Positions 9,714-20,028 of a stretch of DNA of 64,000 bases are shown in pieces; position 1 is the first letter of the stretch, and each line of letters starts with the position of its first letter. Position numbers and translations under genes: made by a program. The DNA is from an uncultured delta proteobacterium. GTDB taxonomy: Bacteria; Myxococcota; Myxococcia; Myxococcales; Myxococcaceae. Under the pieces are notes generated by a model. That model saw only the letters and a list, made by a program, of their open reading frames with translations, was not told the DNA's origin and made no database searches. The DNA lies in the NCBI GenBank assembly GCA_963796055.1, contig CAWCKH010000004.1, forward strand, positions 1,760,001 to 1,824,000, in the 5' to 3' direction.

Positions 9714-10199
9714 TCATCCCAGCGGCGCGGCCTCGTCCGTCTCCGAGGGGATCGCCTCGCGGGGCTCGGACTGCTGGAGCTCCTCGAACATCCGCTCCAT
9801 CTGCTCGCCGAGCGCCTCCAGCTCCTCGCGGGCGAAGTTCTGCTGGACGAGGGGGAAGAGGTCCGTCTCCTCCTCCTCGACGTGGTGATCGATCAGCTCC
9901 TGGAGGACCTTCATCTTGGCGTCGAACTGCTCGTCCGATGCTTCCATCTCCAGGAGATCGGCGACGACCCGCTTGGCGGCGAGGTGCTCCTCGACTGCCT
10001 CGTTCAGCTTCTCCCGGAGCGGCCCCACGTACACCGCGGGGTAGAAGATCTTCTCCTCGATCTCCCCGTGCGCGGCGAAGGCGTCGGCGATCTGCTCGAA
10101 GAGCCCCTGCTTCTCGCCCTCGTCCTCGGCCGCCTTGTACTGCTCGAAGAGCCCCTTCACCTCCTGGTGCTGGTGCTTCAACAGCTTCGTCGCGTCCAC
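9714..10199 (-). CDS. hemerythrin HHE domain protein
   Basis: LLKHQHQEV, AHGEIEEKIFYP, EEHLAAK and HHVEEEETDLFP motifs. Confidence 0.9.
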   Translation of the reverse strand: MDATKLLKHQHQEVKGLFEQYKAAEDEGEKQGLFEQIADAFAAHGEIEEKIFYPAVYVGPLREKLNEAVEEHLAAKRVVADLLEMEASDEQFDAKMKVLQELIDHHVEEEETDLFPLVQQNFAREELEALGEQMERMFEELQQSEPREAIPSETDEAAPLG

Positions 10200-10363
10200 G
10201 GCATGCCCCTGTCGTCGGCGGTCCATCCGGGGCGGCCCGACATGGGCAACCCGGGTGCCGTCGAAGCTGGACACGGCGAGGAGGTCCGTCCACCCCCGGT
10301 CGACCCTCCTGCGCGAAGCCGCCAGCCCGGCCGGTTGCCCGTCCGGTGCAGGGATCTGCTGCA

Positions 10364-11626
10364 ATGGGGGCCATGGCCGGCCGTCAGGAGCTGTGGGTGC
10401 GCGCGGTGACCGACAATTTCCGCCTGGCGTTCTCCACCTTCTGGGGGCACCGGCTCCGTTCCATGCTCACCCTGCTGGGCATCGTCATCGGAGCGGCCAC
10501 CGTCGTGTCGATGATGGCCCTGCTGGAGGGGCTCCGGAACAAGGTGGACGAGGACCTGACGGGGCTCGGCTCCAACGGCTTTCAGATCCAGAAGTTTCCC
10601 AACGGTTTCGGCAACTTCGACTTCGACCGTCTGTCCAAGCGCCCCAACCTCACCATCGAGGACCGGGACGACATCGAGCGCCGGCTCCCGGACATCATCG
10701 CCGCCACCGGCGAGGCCTGGGACTTCGGGGTGAAGATCTCCACCGACCGCTACGAGACCCGGCCCAACATCCAGGTGGCGGGCGGGACGGCGGACTTCTT
10801 CCTGACCAACGCCATGGACATCGCGTCCGGGCGCGCCTTCAACGTGCAGGAGGTCGCGGACGGAGAGCGGCTGGCGGTGCTCGGCTCGAACGTGGCGGAC
10901 GTCCTGTTCCCCGGCGTGGACCCGATCGGCCACGAGGTACGGATCCGCACCCGGCCGTTCCGGGTGATCGGGTTGATCAAGCGCAAGGGGGCGTTCGTCG
11001 GCGGCTTCCAGCAGGACGACGTGGTGGTGATCCCGATCAACGCCTTCTTCCCGCTCTGGGGGAAGAACCGCTCCTTGAACATCAGCATGCAGGCGGCCAC
11101 CCCGGAGATCCTCCCCCGGGCCATGGAGGAGGTGCGCCAGCTCGTGCGGCGCCGCCACAACCTCAAGCCCCAGCAGGAGGACGATTTCTTCATCTTCTCC
11201 AACGAGTCCGCCACCCAGGCGTTCAACCAGATCTCCTCGGTGGTGACCGCGGCCAGCTTCGGGGTGTGCCTGCTGTCGCTCATCGTCGGCGGCATCGGCA
11301 TCCTCAACATCATGCTGGTCTCGGTCACCGAGCGGACCCAGGAGATCGGCGTCCGCAAGGCGCTGGGGGCACGCCGCCGCCGCATCCTCGGGCAGTTCGC
11401 GACCGAGGCGATCATGCTCTCGCTGGTGGGAGGGATCCTCGGCGTGCTCGGAGGGGCGCTGGTGGCCTTCCTCGCCCGCTGGGCCTTCAACTTCCCCACC
11501 TCGGTGCCCACCTGGGCGGTGGCGCTGGCGCTGGCGATGAGCTCCGGTGTGGGGCTCATCTTCGGCATCTACCCTGCCGCCCGCGCGGCCCGGCTCGACC
11601 CGGTCGAGGCGATGCGCACCGAGTGA
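10364..11626 (+). CDS. ABC transporter permease (MacB/FtsX family)
   Basis: RSMLTLLGIVIG, GGIGILNIMLVSVTERTQEIGVRKALGA, FGIYPAARAARLDPVEAMR. Confidence 0.93.
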   Translation: MGAMAGRQELWVRAVTDNFRLAFSTFWGHRLRSMLTLLGIVIGAATVVSMMALLEGLRNKVDEDLTGLGSNGFQIQKFPNGFGNFDFDRLSKRPNLTIEDRDDIERRLPDIIAATGEAWDFGVKISTDRYETRPNIQVAGGTADFFLTNAMDIASGRAFNVQEVADGERLAVLGSNVADVLFPGVDPIGHEVRIRTRPFRVIGLIKRKGAFVGGFQQDDVVVIPINAFFPLWGKNRSLNISMQAATPEILPRAMEEVRQLVRRRHNLKPQQEDDFFIFSNESATQAFNQISSVVTAASFGVCLLSLIVGGIGILNIMLVSVTERTQEIGVRKALGARRRRILGQFATEAIMLSLVGGILGVLGGALVAFLARWAFNFPTSVPTWAVALALAMSSGVGLIFGIYPAARAARLDPVEAMRTE

Positions 11627-11647
11627 GCCCCGGCGGGAGGCTCCTGG

Positions 11648-12397
11648 CTAGACCCCGCCCGGGGCCTGCGCGGGGCGTCCGAGCCTCGCGAGCTGCCGCA
11701 GCGAGAGGATGTGCAGGAGGATGGTGAGGGGGACGATGAACGCCGGCAGGTAGATGAACGGGAACACCGCCGGCACCAGGTTGGGAGGGGTCTCGAAGAT
11801 GCGCTGCTGTGGTCCGGGCGCCGAGAGCAGGCCGCGGACGAGCGTGTGGGCCATGTCCACCAGCCCGAAGACGTTCCAGAGCTGGGCGGCGGTCCGGGAC
11901 CAGGCGAGCCCCGTCCCGAGCAGTGCGGCCACCGCCGCGGCGCCGAGGCCCACCAGGATGTCTCCCGCGCCGGCGGTGGCCGCCCAGCCCCAGGGCGCAA
12001 GTCCGGAGGCCCAGGCGGCGAAGAGCGTCAGTCCGCCCCCGATGCGCAACGTCTGGAGCCAGGGGATGGCCGCCGGCGAGAGCGCCTGGACCGCGGCCTG
12101 CAGCCAGCCGGCGCGCCAGACGACCAGCGACAGCATCAGCGCCGGGATGAGGTACCCGAGCGGGCGGGGCACTCCGGGATCGAGCCATGCCCCGGCCACC
12201 GCCGCCGCGGTGACCGCCACGAACCAGGCGCCGAGCAGCGCCCCGATGCGTACCAGCAGGCTCCGGCGGATCGGCGCCACGCACCCCGACCGGCGGAGCC
12301 CGATGTCCAGTCCCCGCAGGGTCAGCCAGGCGACCAGCAGCACGTAGGCGCAGACGGCGACGGTGATGCGGAGCGGTACCTCGGGGACGGGGTTCAT
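11648..12397 (-). CDS. integral membrane protein
   Basis: Several TM segments, AGAGDILVGL and PAFIVP motifs; ATG overlaps the stop of the upstream gene. Confidence 0.7.
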   Translation of the reverse strand: MNPVPEVPLRITVAVCAYVLLVAWLTLRGLDIGLRRSGCVAPIRRSLLVRIGALLGAWFVAVTAAAVAGAWLDPGVPRPLGYLIPALMLSLVVWRAGWLQAAVQALSPAAIPWLQTLRIGGGLTLFAAWASGLAPWGWAATAGAGDILVGLGAAAVAALLGTGLAWSRTAAQLWNVFGLVDMAHTLVRGLLSAPGPQQRIFETPPNLVPAVFPFIYLPAFIVPLTILLHILSLRQLARLGRPAQAPGGV

Positions 12398-15300
12398 GGG
12401 CCGGAGGCGAGGGCGAGCGGAGCCACGCCCGCGGCGGAGACCCGCGGCCGGGCAGCCCGCTGCGGCTGCGTGGTCTTCGGGGGTCCCCGGACCAGCACCT
12501 TGCGCGAGAAGGCCTGGTCCACCTGGGCCACGAAGGCGCGGAAGGCCGGGTACTCGCTGGCGGAGATGCGGTCGCGGGTGAACACCAGCTCGCCGCGGCA
12601 GACCAGCACCCCCTGCTCCACCGAGTAGGCGAGGTGAATCCGTCCGAATCCGGTGTCGGTCGTCACGTCGGGGGGGAGCGCGTCCACGCTCCATCCCGGC
12701 GGCAGCCGGTAGCGGAAGGTGAAGCGGCTCACGCTCGGACCGTCGAGCACCAGGTCGCCCCGGCGCTCCGCGAGCCCAGCGTACGTCTCCACGTAACCAC
12801 GCCGGCTCCCGAAGGGCAGGAAGCGCAGCGTGTCCCCGCCCACCTCGGCGTAGCGCGGGATGCTCAGCTGGTAGTCGAGCGCCACGTCCTGGTCGAGCCG
12901 GCTCGGGTCGCTGATCGACACCTTGTCCACGCTGAGGCCGGGGAACGTCTGCGCCCACCCCTGCTCGAAGGTGGTCCGGCGGGTGGCCGCCGACTGGTAG
13001 CTGCGGCGGTACTCGGGCGCGGCACTGCCGCGCACCCGGCTCTCTCCCTTCACCTCGGCGCCACCGCCCGGCCGCAGGGCGAGATCCAGCTGCACGTCGG
13101 TCACGTTGTCCTCGGGCCGTGCCTCCGGGGTGACGGTGAACCGGCTCTTCCCGTCCGGCTCGACGACCAGGATGCTCGCCCGGCGGTCGGGGACGGGCAG
13201 CTCGGTCGCGCCGTGGAACTCGGCGGTGCCGTCCAGGTACCAGTCCAGCCCCGGCACGTAGACGATGGCGTGGTTGAAGACCGCGAGCGAGGCCGGCTCG
13301 GCGGGCACGGCCCCGAGCTGGCGCATCCGGAGCAGCACGATGCGGCTGTCCACGCCGGAGACCTCGAGCAGCGCGTGCAGGAGCGACGCCTTGTCCTTGC
13401 AGTCCCCGAAGCGGCGCGCGAGCACCCGGTCGACCCGGTACGGCTTGTACCCGTGGATGCCGAACTCCAGCGCCACGTAGCGGGTGTTCTTCACCACGTA
13501 CTCGTAGAGGGCGCGCACCACTGCCCGGGTGTCCTTGCGGTCGACGCCCTTCAGCGCCCCATCCGCTGCGCGGCGGATGCTCTCGTCGGGTACCAGCTGG
13601 TCGCGGATCAGGCTCCAGTAGTAGCGGCCCACCTCCTCCCAGGTCCGGTAGGTCGAGACGTGCAGGGTCGCCGCCACCTCGGACCAGCCCGGCATCCCCG
13701 GCTCGGGCGTCACCCGGGAGACGCGCCTGGCCTCGAACCGGTAGAGTACCCGGCCATCGGGCGAGGGCTCGCGGCGCGCGCGCACCCCCGCGCCGAGGGT
13801 CTTCTCATTCCAGTACAGCGTCCGCCCCGCCGGCATGTCGACCAGGTACTCCCAGCGCAGCTTGGGGGTGACCCCCTGCACGTAGGTGAGGTCACCCCAG
13901 TAGTCGGAGAGGAGGTTGTCGCTCGCCGTGTCCTCCACCCGGTACTGCAGCTCGAGCACGTCACCGGGGGCGAGCCCGGGGAAGCTGAGCACCTTGGCCT
14001 GGGCGTCGTAGTACATGCCGGCCCAGGGCTCGTTCAGGCTGCGGTTGGTGTCGCCGAAACTCTCCACCAGCGAGCCGTCGGGCTTGGTGATGCGGGCGCG
14101 GAGGATGCGCACCTCCTCGCGGCTCGGGCTGTAGGTGATGGGGAAGCTCCGGAAGGCGTCCGCGCCGCGGCGGGTGTAGACCTTCACCGCGAGCTGGTGG
14201 AAGCGGCTGGAGAGCCCGCTCTGTTGCACCCGCACCCGGGTGACGTCGGCCAGCGTCACCGCATCCTCGGCGTAGCTGTCCGCCTCGGCGAGAAGAGGCC
14301 GCACGTCGATGGCGTCGGCGGTGGCCGCCGACGTCTCGGCGCCCCGCAGTGCGCGGACGGCGTCGCGCAGCGCCGGGTTCTGCGGGCGCAGCACGAGCGA
14401 GCGGTCCAGGGCGGCGAGCGCCTTGTCCTTCTGCCCGGCGTACAGGAGGGCCCGTCCCTTCCGCTCGAAGACCTCTGGCTCGTCAGGGCAGAGCGCCTCG
14501 GCCTCGGAGAAGAGGACCAGCCCCTCCTCCAGGCGGCCGTTGGAGGCCAGGAGCTCGGCCAGCCGGAGGCGGACGTCGTTGCTGGTGGGAGACAGCCGCA
14601 GCGCCTTGCGGAACGCGTCCACGGCCCCGTTCACGTCCCCGCCATCGGCCAGCATCTCGGCGAGGAGCGACAGGCTTGCCCCGTCGCCGGGCCGCGCCGC
14701 GAGCACGCCGCGCAGCCGCTCCCGCGCTTCGTCCGACCGGTCCAGCCGGCGCGCGCTCCGCACGCGCTCGCGACCAGCCTCCGGGACACGCCAGGTGGAG
14801 GCCGGAAGGCCCTCGATGCGCTGGGTCGCCGACACCGAGTCGCCGAGGTCGTCCTCGGCACGGGCCAGCAGCACCTGGGCGGGGACGAAGGCCTTCCACC
14901 GTTGCACCAGCGGTTGCATCAGCGGGAGCACCCGCTCGGGGTGACCCTGGGAGAGCTCGGCCCGGGCGAGCAGCAGGCGCGCCTCGACGAGCTCCGGAGC
15001 CACGGCGAGCGCGCTCTCCAGATGCCGGCGGCCCAGGTTCTCGTCCTGCTGGAGCCGTGCGGCGAGCAGCTCGATGCGGGCGTCGGGGCGGCCGGCACGC
15101 GTGGCGTCGGCGGCGGCCCGCTCGGCATTCACCGCGTCGGCGTGCTCCCGGACGTCGAACGCCTGGGTTGCCTCGAGCACCTGGGCGAGCTCGGCGCGGA
15201 GCCGCGCGTCGTCCGGCCGGCGCGCCACCTGCGCCTCGAGCGCGGTCTTCAGGGTGGGCAGCCCCCGGGCGGCAGGGGCCGGGCCCGACGGGATCGCCGG

Positions 15301-16125
15301 AAGCCGCTCGGGGGTCACCGGGTGGGCGCGCGCCGATTCGTCCCGGAGGTACGCCCCGAGCACCCCGGAGTCCTCGTGGCACACCTTGAGGAGCACCCGG
15401 TTGACGCCGGCCCGCAGCTGGACCGAGACACGCTCCTGATCGGGTCGCGCAGGATGGTAGGCGTCGCTGCTCGACACCTTCACCCCGTTGACCCACAGCC
15501 GGAAGCCACCGGACGTGCCCAGGGCGAGGACGGTGCGGCGCGGCGCCGGCTCGTCGAGCAGCGCGAGCACGTAGGCCACCACCCCCCGGGAGGGACGAAG
15601 CATCGCGCCGAGGTCGACCCCTCCGTCGAGCGAGCGGGCCGGCGCCTTCCGCCAGCGGGTGAGGTGGCCCTTGGCCTGGAGCGACGGCTTCAAGTCAAGG
15701 CTCTGCTCGGGGCCGAAGTCGGTGTCGCAGCCCGTCTTCCCCTCGTTGTCGAACCCGCCGAGCACGTACACGTCCTGCACGTAGCCGAGAGCCCGGAGCC
15801 GGCGCTCGGCCGCGTCCACCCGGCCCTGCGCCACGTCGATGTCCACCAGCAGCTGCCGGGCGAGGGTGCGGGTGAAGGGCTCGGCGCGGGCATCGGTGGC
15901 GATGCGGCCGAAGGTGGCGTCCACCGGGCGCGGGTCGGCGAGGTCGTCGCGGAGGCCGCGGAGGCGGATCAGCGCCGCGGCGCCCCGCAGAGAGTGGGAA
16001 TCGGCGAGCGCTTCCTTCGCGCGGGCCTGCGCCTCGGCGGGGAGTGGATCGTCGACGGGAGCCGCAGGAGACCCTGCGGCGAGGAGGGCCGAGAGAAGGA
16101 GGCTGGAGACCACGGTGTCCTGCAC
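12394..16125 (-). CDS. secreted TPR + DUF3857 + transglutaminase-like protein
   Basis: Signal peptide, TPR region, RYVALEFG...GDCKDKA, FNHAIVY and YLDGT (Cys-His-Asp triad). Confidence 0.9.
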   Translation of the reverse strand: MQDTVVSSLLLSALLAAGSPAAPVDDPLPAEAQARAKEALADSHSLRGAAALIRLRGLRDDLADPRPVDATFGRIATDARAEPFTRTLARQLLVDIDVAQGRVDAAERRLRALGYVQDVYVLGGFDNEGKTGCDTDFGPEQSLDLKPSLQAKGHLTRWRKAPARSLDGGVDLGAMLRPSRGVVAYVLALLDEPAPRRTVLALGTSGGFRLWVNGVKVSSSDAYHPARPDQERVSVQLRAGVNRVLLKVCHEDSGVLGAYLRDESARAHPVTPERLPAIPSGPAPAARGLPTLKTALEAQVARRPDDARLRAELAQVLEATQAFDVREHADAVNAERAAADATRAGRPDARIELLAARLQQDENLGRRHLESALAVAPELVEARLLLARAELSQGHPERVLPLMQPLVQRWKAFVPAQVLLARAEDDLGDSVSATQRIEGLPASTWRVPEAGRERVRSARRLDRSDEARERLRGVLAARPGDGASLSLLAEMLADGGDVNGAVDAFRKALRLSPTSNDVRLRLAELLASNGRLEEGLVLFSEAEALCPDEPEVFERKGRALLYAGQKDKALAALDRSLVLRPQNPALRDAVRALRGAETSAATADAIDVRPLLAEADSYAEDAVTLADVTRVRVQQSGLSSRFHQLAVKVYTRRGADAFRSFPITYSPSREEVRILRARITKPDGSLVESFGDTNRSLNEPWAGMYYDAQAKVLSFPGLAPGDVLELQYRVEDTASDNLLSDYWGDLTYVQGVTPKLRWEYLVDMPAGRTLYWNEKTLGAGVRARREPSPDGRVLYRFEARRVSRVTPEPGMPGWSEVAATLHVSTYRTWEEVGRYYWSLIRDQLVPDESIRRAADGALKGVDRKDTRAVVRALYEYVVKNTRYVALEFGIHGYKPYRVDRVLARRFGDCKDKASLLHALLEVSGVDSRIVLLRMRQLGAVPAEPASLAVFNHAIVYVPGLDWYLDGTAEFHGATELPVPDRRASILVVEPDGKSRFTVTPEARPEDNVTDVQLDLALRPGGGAEVKGESRVRGSAAPEYRRSYQSAATRRTTFEQGWAQTFPGLSVDKVSISDPSRLDQDVALDYQLSIPRYAEVGGDTLRFLPFGSRRGYVETYAGLAERRGDLVLDGPSVSRFTFRYRLPPGWSVDALPPDVTTDTGFGRIHLAYSVEQGVLVCRGELVFTRDRISASEYPAFRAFVAQVDQAFSRKVLVRGPPKTTQPQRAARPRVSAAGVAPLALASGP

Positions 16126-16126
16126 C

Positions 16127-16855
16127 TCATAACCCGAAGCGACCGGGGTGTGCTTCCCCGACTGCCCTGGCCAGGGTGAGGACGTACACCCCCCCGGCCC
16201 CGGACGCGCGGAGGGCAGCGCTCGCGGCCCGCGCGGTGGCCCCGGTGGTGAGCACGTCGTCCACCAGCACCACGGGTCCCCGGGGAACCAGGCCGCTCAC
16301 GGCGAACGCCCCGTGCACGTTCTCCGTGCGCTCGGCCTCGCTGAGCCCCACCTGCCGCCGGGTGGCGCGGACGCGGCGGAGGAGGGTGGCCCGCAGCGGA
16401 AGGCTGGTCGCGCGCGCCAGCGCCTGGGTGAGGAGGGCCGCCTGGTCGTACCCTCGACGGAGCAGCCGTCCCCGGTGGAGCGGGATGGGGACGAGCGTCG
16501 CGTCCGGGCCGAGCCGTCCGAGCCAGCCGGCGGATGCGTCGGCAAGCGCCCTCCCCAGCGGCAACCCCAGCGCGCTGTGGCCCTCGTACTTGAACCGGTG
16601 AATGGCGCGGGCGAGTGGCCCCGTGTGCACGAACGCCGCATGGGCCGAGGCGAACGCCGGCGGCGCACGTCGGCACCGCGCGCACGAGCCGGGCTGCTCG
16701 ACCGGCTCCCCACACCGACGGCAGCCTGGATGTGGCACGGGCTCCGTCGCCAGGGTGCAGAGCCCGCAGAAGGGGACGTCGGTCTCGAGGAGCGTTCCGC
16801 ACGCTGCGCACGCGGGAGGGAACACCAGCGCCAGCAGCTCGGATGCGAGGGACAT
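16127..16855 (-). CDS. comF: ComF family protein (double zinc ribbon + PRTase)
   Basis: CAAC/CGLC/CRRC/CARC, RGYDQA, VVLVDDVLTTGAT. Confidence 0.9.
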   Translation of the reverse strand: MSLASELLALVFPPACAACGTLLETDVPFCGLCTLATEPVPHPGCRRCGEPVEQPGSCARCRRAPPAFASAHAAFVHTGPLARAIHRFKYEGHSALGLPLGRALADASAGWLGRLGPDATLVPIPLHRGRLLRRGYDQAALLTQALARATSLPLRATLLRRVRATRRQVGLSEAERTENVHGAFAVSGLVPRGPVVLVDDVLTTGATARAASAALRASGAGGVYVLTLARAVGEAHPGRFGL

Positions 16856-16890
16856 CCGGACTCGCCACAGCAAGCCCCAGGCCGCGGGGT

Positions 16891-17019
16891 ACCGACAGAG
16901 GTGTTTGACACTTCCTGCCGGGCCAGCGACATCGGAGTGGCGTCGGCATCGAGGACCGCGAAGACGTCGAGGGCGTTTGACGCCGCGTGCGGTAACGAGG
17001 TGTCTGGCACCTCGAAAAG
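16891..17019. repeat. REP-like doublet element (two imperfect GAGGTGTxTGxCACCTC palindromes)
   Basis: accgacagaggtgtttgacacttcc ... cgtgcggtaacgaggtgtctggcacctcgaa; both ends recur at 30195-30343. Confidence 0.7.
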
Positions 17020-17311
17020 CACAGGAGAACCGGCAGCTTGGAGGAGCGGTGCTCGTTCGCTGCCGCCTGGCTGCTCGGTCTCGGTCAGCCTACTCGGCGG
17101 CACGCCGGAGCCTGTCCTCGCTCTCGCGAAGCCCGCGCGCTCTGCCCGATGCCGAGCAGCGTCACGACGCCCACCAGGCTTCCGGTCCCCGGAAGGCAGG
17201 TCCGGAGGAGCCAGCCGCCGAGACCCACCGGTCCGCCCAGCAGGATGCCCATGAACACCTCGGCGGACGAGATGACCAGCTGGTTGAACTCGCCCGCCGC
17301 CAGCACCGCCT

Positions 17312-18853
17312 TCAGACGAGCAGGTTGTTCCGGTCCATCTCCCTCGGCTGGGGCAGGCCCATGACGTTGAGGAGCGTGGGCGCGACGTCGGCGAGGATGC
17401 CGCCGCTCCGCAGCTTCGCCCCGGCGAAGTCCGGGTGCACGAGGTGAAAGGGTACCGGGTTGGTGGTGTGTGCGGTGTGCGGCTGGCCGGTCACGGGGTC
17501 TCGCATCAGCTCGCAGTTCCCGTGGTCGGCGGTGATGACCAGCACCACGTTCGCCCGGGCGCAGGCCTGCGCCAGCTGGCCGAGGCAGCCGTCGACCACC
17601 TGGACCGCCTTGATCGCCGCCTCGAGGTTCCCGGTGTGGCCCACCATGTCCGGGTTGGCGTAGTTCACCAGCAGGAAGTCGTACTTCCCCGAGTCGATGG
17701 CCTGCACCAGCCGCGCGGTCACCTCGGGCGCGGCCATCTCCGGCTTCTGGTCGTAGGTCTTGACCTCGCGGGGGCTGGGGATGAGCACCCGCTCCTCGCC
17801 CGGGAACACCACCTCGCGGCCCCCGTTGAAGAAGAAGGTGACGTGCGCGTACTTCTCGGTCTCCGCGGTACGGAACTGGGTGAGCCCATGCTCGGCCAGG
17901 ACCTCGGCGAAGATCTCCCGCGGCTGCTCAGGCGGGAACGCCACCGGCAAGTCGAAGGTCTGGTCGTACTGGGTCAGGCAGACGAACATGCCCAGCCGGA
18001 GCCCGCCGCGGTCGAACTCGCGGAATCCAGGGTCGGTGAGGGCGCGGGTGAGCTCGCGGGCGCGGTCCGCGCGGAAGTTGAAGAAGATGGCCGCGTCGCC
18101 GTCGCGCACCGTTCCCACCGGCGTGTCCCCCTCGACGATGACCGTGGGCGGGACGAACTCGTCCCCCACCTTCTCCGCGTACGAGCCGCGCACTGCCTCG
18201 AGCGCACCGGGTGCTCGCCGGCCCACGCCGCGGACCATGGCGTCGTAGGCCTGCTGCACCCGGTCCCAGCGCTTGTCGCGGTCCATGGCGTAGAAGCGCC
18301 CGATGACGGTGGCGATGCGCCCGCTCCTGGTCTCGCGGAGGAAGGCCTCCAGCTCCTCGAGGTAGCCCAGCGCGCTCATCGGCGGAGTGTCGCGGCCGTC
18401 GAGAAAGGCATGCACGAAGACCCGTGGCACGCCGCGGGCCTGGGCGGCCTTCAGCAACCCCAGGAGGTGCTCCTGGGAGGCGTGCACGCGGCCCGGGCCG
18501 ATCAGGCCCATCAGGTGCAGCGCCTTGCCGTTCGCCCGCGCGGTGTCCATCGCCGCCACCAGCACCGGGTTGTGGGCCAGCTCCCCCCGCTCGATCGCGC
18601 GGTTGATGCGCACCAGGTCCTGGTAGACGATCCGTCCGGCGCCGATGTTGGTGTGCCCCACCTCCGAGTTGCCCATCTGGCCCTCGGGAAGCCCCACCGC
18701 GAGCCCGGAGCTCAGCAGCTCGGTGCGCGGCATCTTCCCGGCGAAGCGGTCGAGGTTCGGCGTGCCGGCGAGGAGGATGGCGTTGTCCTCGCGCTCGGAG
18801 CGGACGCCCCAGCCGTCCAGGATGGCGAGGAGGACGCGGTGCTTGGGAGGCAT
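17312..18853 (-). CDS. gpmI: 2,3-bisphosphoglycerate-independent phosphoglycerate mutase
   Basis: ILDGWG, GQMGNSEVGH, DGRDT, ETEKYAHVTFF, NPDMVGH and TADHGN motifs. Confidence 0.97.
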   Translation of the reverse strand: MPPKHRVLLAILDGWGVRSEREDNAILLAGTPNLDRFAGKMPRTELLSSGLAVGLPEGQMGNSEVGHTNIGAGRIVYQDLVRINRAIERGELAHNPVLVAAMDTARANGKALHLMGLIGPGRVHASQEHLLGLLKAAQARGVPRVFVHAFLDGRDTPPMSALGYLEELEAFLRETRSGRIATVIGRFYAMDRDKRWDRVQQAYDAMVRGVGRRAPGALEAVRGSYAEKVGDEFVPPTVIVEGDTPVGTVRDGDAAIFFNFRADRARELTRALTDPGFREFDRGGLRLGMFVCLTQYDQTFDLPVAFPPEQPREIFAEVLAEHGLTQFRTAETEKYAHVTFFFNGGREVVFPGEERVLIPSPREVKTYDQKPEMAAPEVTARLVQAIDSGKYDFLLVNYANPDMVGHTGNLEAAIKAVQVVDGCLGQLAQACARANVVLVITADHGNCELMRDPVTGQPHTAHTTNPVPFHLVHPDFAGAKLRSGGILADVAPTLLNVMGLPQPREMDRNNLLV

Positions 18854-18924
18854 GGGGCGAAGGTAGCCAGGGCGCCGTCGTCCGTCGACGATTCTCGGTG
18901 GGGGCGGGGTGGTACAAGGGGCCT

Positions 18925-20028
18925 GTGCCCAGCCCGTCTCCGGCCTCCGCCCCGGCGCGCGTCCGGGCCTTCGACTGGCTTCGTGGCCTCGCGGTGCTGG
19001 TGATGGTCGAGACGCACGCGATGGTGCTCCTCCGCAAGGAGCTGCTCGCCACCCGCGCCGCCGGCATCCTCGACTACCTGAACGGGCTGGTGGCCCCCTC
19101 GTTCATCTTCGCTGCCGGCTTCTCGCTGGCGCTGGTGCAGGTACGCGCCGCGTCGGCCGGCGGTGCACGCGCTCCGAGAGTCCTGCGGACCTTGCGACGC
19201 ATCGGCGAGGTCCTCGCGGTCGGCACGCTGATCAACTGGGTCTGGTTCCCCGTCTCGGTGGAGCCGGGCTGGCTGCTCCGGATCGACATCCTCCAGTGCA
19301 TCGGGCTCACCCTGCTGGCCGCGCTGCCGCTGAACGTGGCGCTGGCCCCGAGGCCGCGCACGCTGGCGGTGGTCTCGCTGCTGGTGGCGGTCGCACTCTT
19401 CCTCGTCGCCCCGTTCGCCGACGGGGTCACCGGACCGCTTCAGGACCTGTTCAACAAGAGCGGCCCACGGCACTCTGTCTTCCCCCTGCTGCCCTGGGCA
19501 GGCTGGGCGTTCCTCGGCGGCGCTGCGGGCGCCACCGCCGCGCGGGGAACCGCGGTCGACGTCCGTCGTCTGGCTCTGGGCATCGGGCTCGGCTCGGCCG
19601 CGGCCTGGCTGCTGAAGCCGTTCTGGCTGGCCATCTATCCGCCGCACGCGTTCTGGGTGACCGATCCGGCGAACACCGGGGCGCGGGGGATCTCGGTGAT
19701 GGCGCTGCTCCTGCTCCTGCTCGCCATCGAGGCCCGGGTCCCCGCCGGGGCGAGGCGCTCACCGGCGGTGTGGCTGCTGGAGCTGTTCGGCACCTCGTCG
19801 CTCGCCGCGTACTTCTTCCACGAGATGCTCATCTACTACGAGGTGCGCAGCGTCTCGCTGGTCCGCATCGCCGGGGGCCGCTGCGGATGGGCAGGGTTCG
19901 CCGGGCTGGTGGTGGTGCTGGTGGCCGCCACCGCGCTCCTCGCCTGGGTCACCGACCGCATCTACCGACGGCTCGACCGGCGCAGCGCTCCGCGCCCGGT
20001 GCCCGCGGTCGGTCCGGTCAGCGCTTGA
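18925..20028 (+). CDS. membrane acyltransferase (HGSNAT/DUF1624-like)
   Basis: FDWLRGLAVLVMVETH, IDILQCIG, FPLLPWAG, multiple TM helices. Confidence 0.8.
   Translation: MPSPSPASAPARVRAFDWLRGLAVLVMVETHAMVLLRKELLATRAAGILDYLNGLVAPSFIFAAGFSLALVQVRAASAGGARAPRVLRTLRRIGEVLAVGTLINWVWFPVSVEPGWLLRIDILQCIGLTLLAALPLNVALAPRPRTLAVVSLLVAVALFLVAPFADGVTGPLQDLFNKSGPRHSVFPLLPWAGWAFLGGAAGATAARGTAVDVRRLALGIGLGSAAAWLLKPFWLAIYPPHAFWVTDPANTGARGISVMALLLLLLAIEARVPAGARRSPAVWLLELFGTSSLAAYFFHEMLIYYEVRSVSLVRIAGGRCGWAGFAGLVVVLVAATALLAWVTDRIYRRLDRRSAPRPVPAVGPVSA

Noticed and set aside
12634..16179. Long antisense or alternate-frame ORFs (also 6215-8251, 42397-45720, 42690-45854, 58935-62549)
   Set aside because: Shadow ORFs expected in very GC-rich DNA; they overlap well-supported genes and lack recognisable motifs
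17195..17220. CAGGTCCGGAGGAGCCAGC resembling SRP RNA domain IV
   Set aside because: Lacks the GNRA tetraloop and AGCAG of the consensus, and no long flanking stem was seen
17085..17306. 73-aa hydrophobic ORF after gpmI
   Set aside because: No recognisable family; could be a remnant but is unsupported
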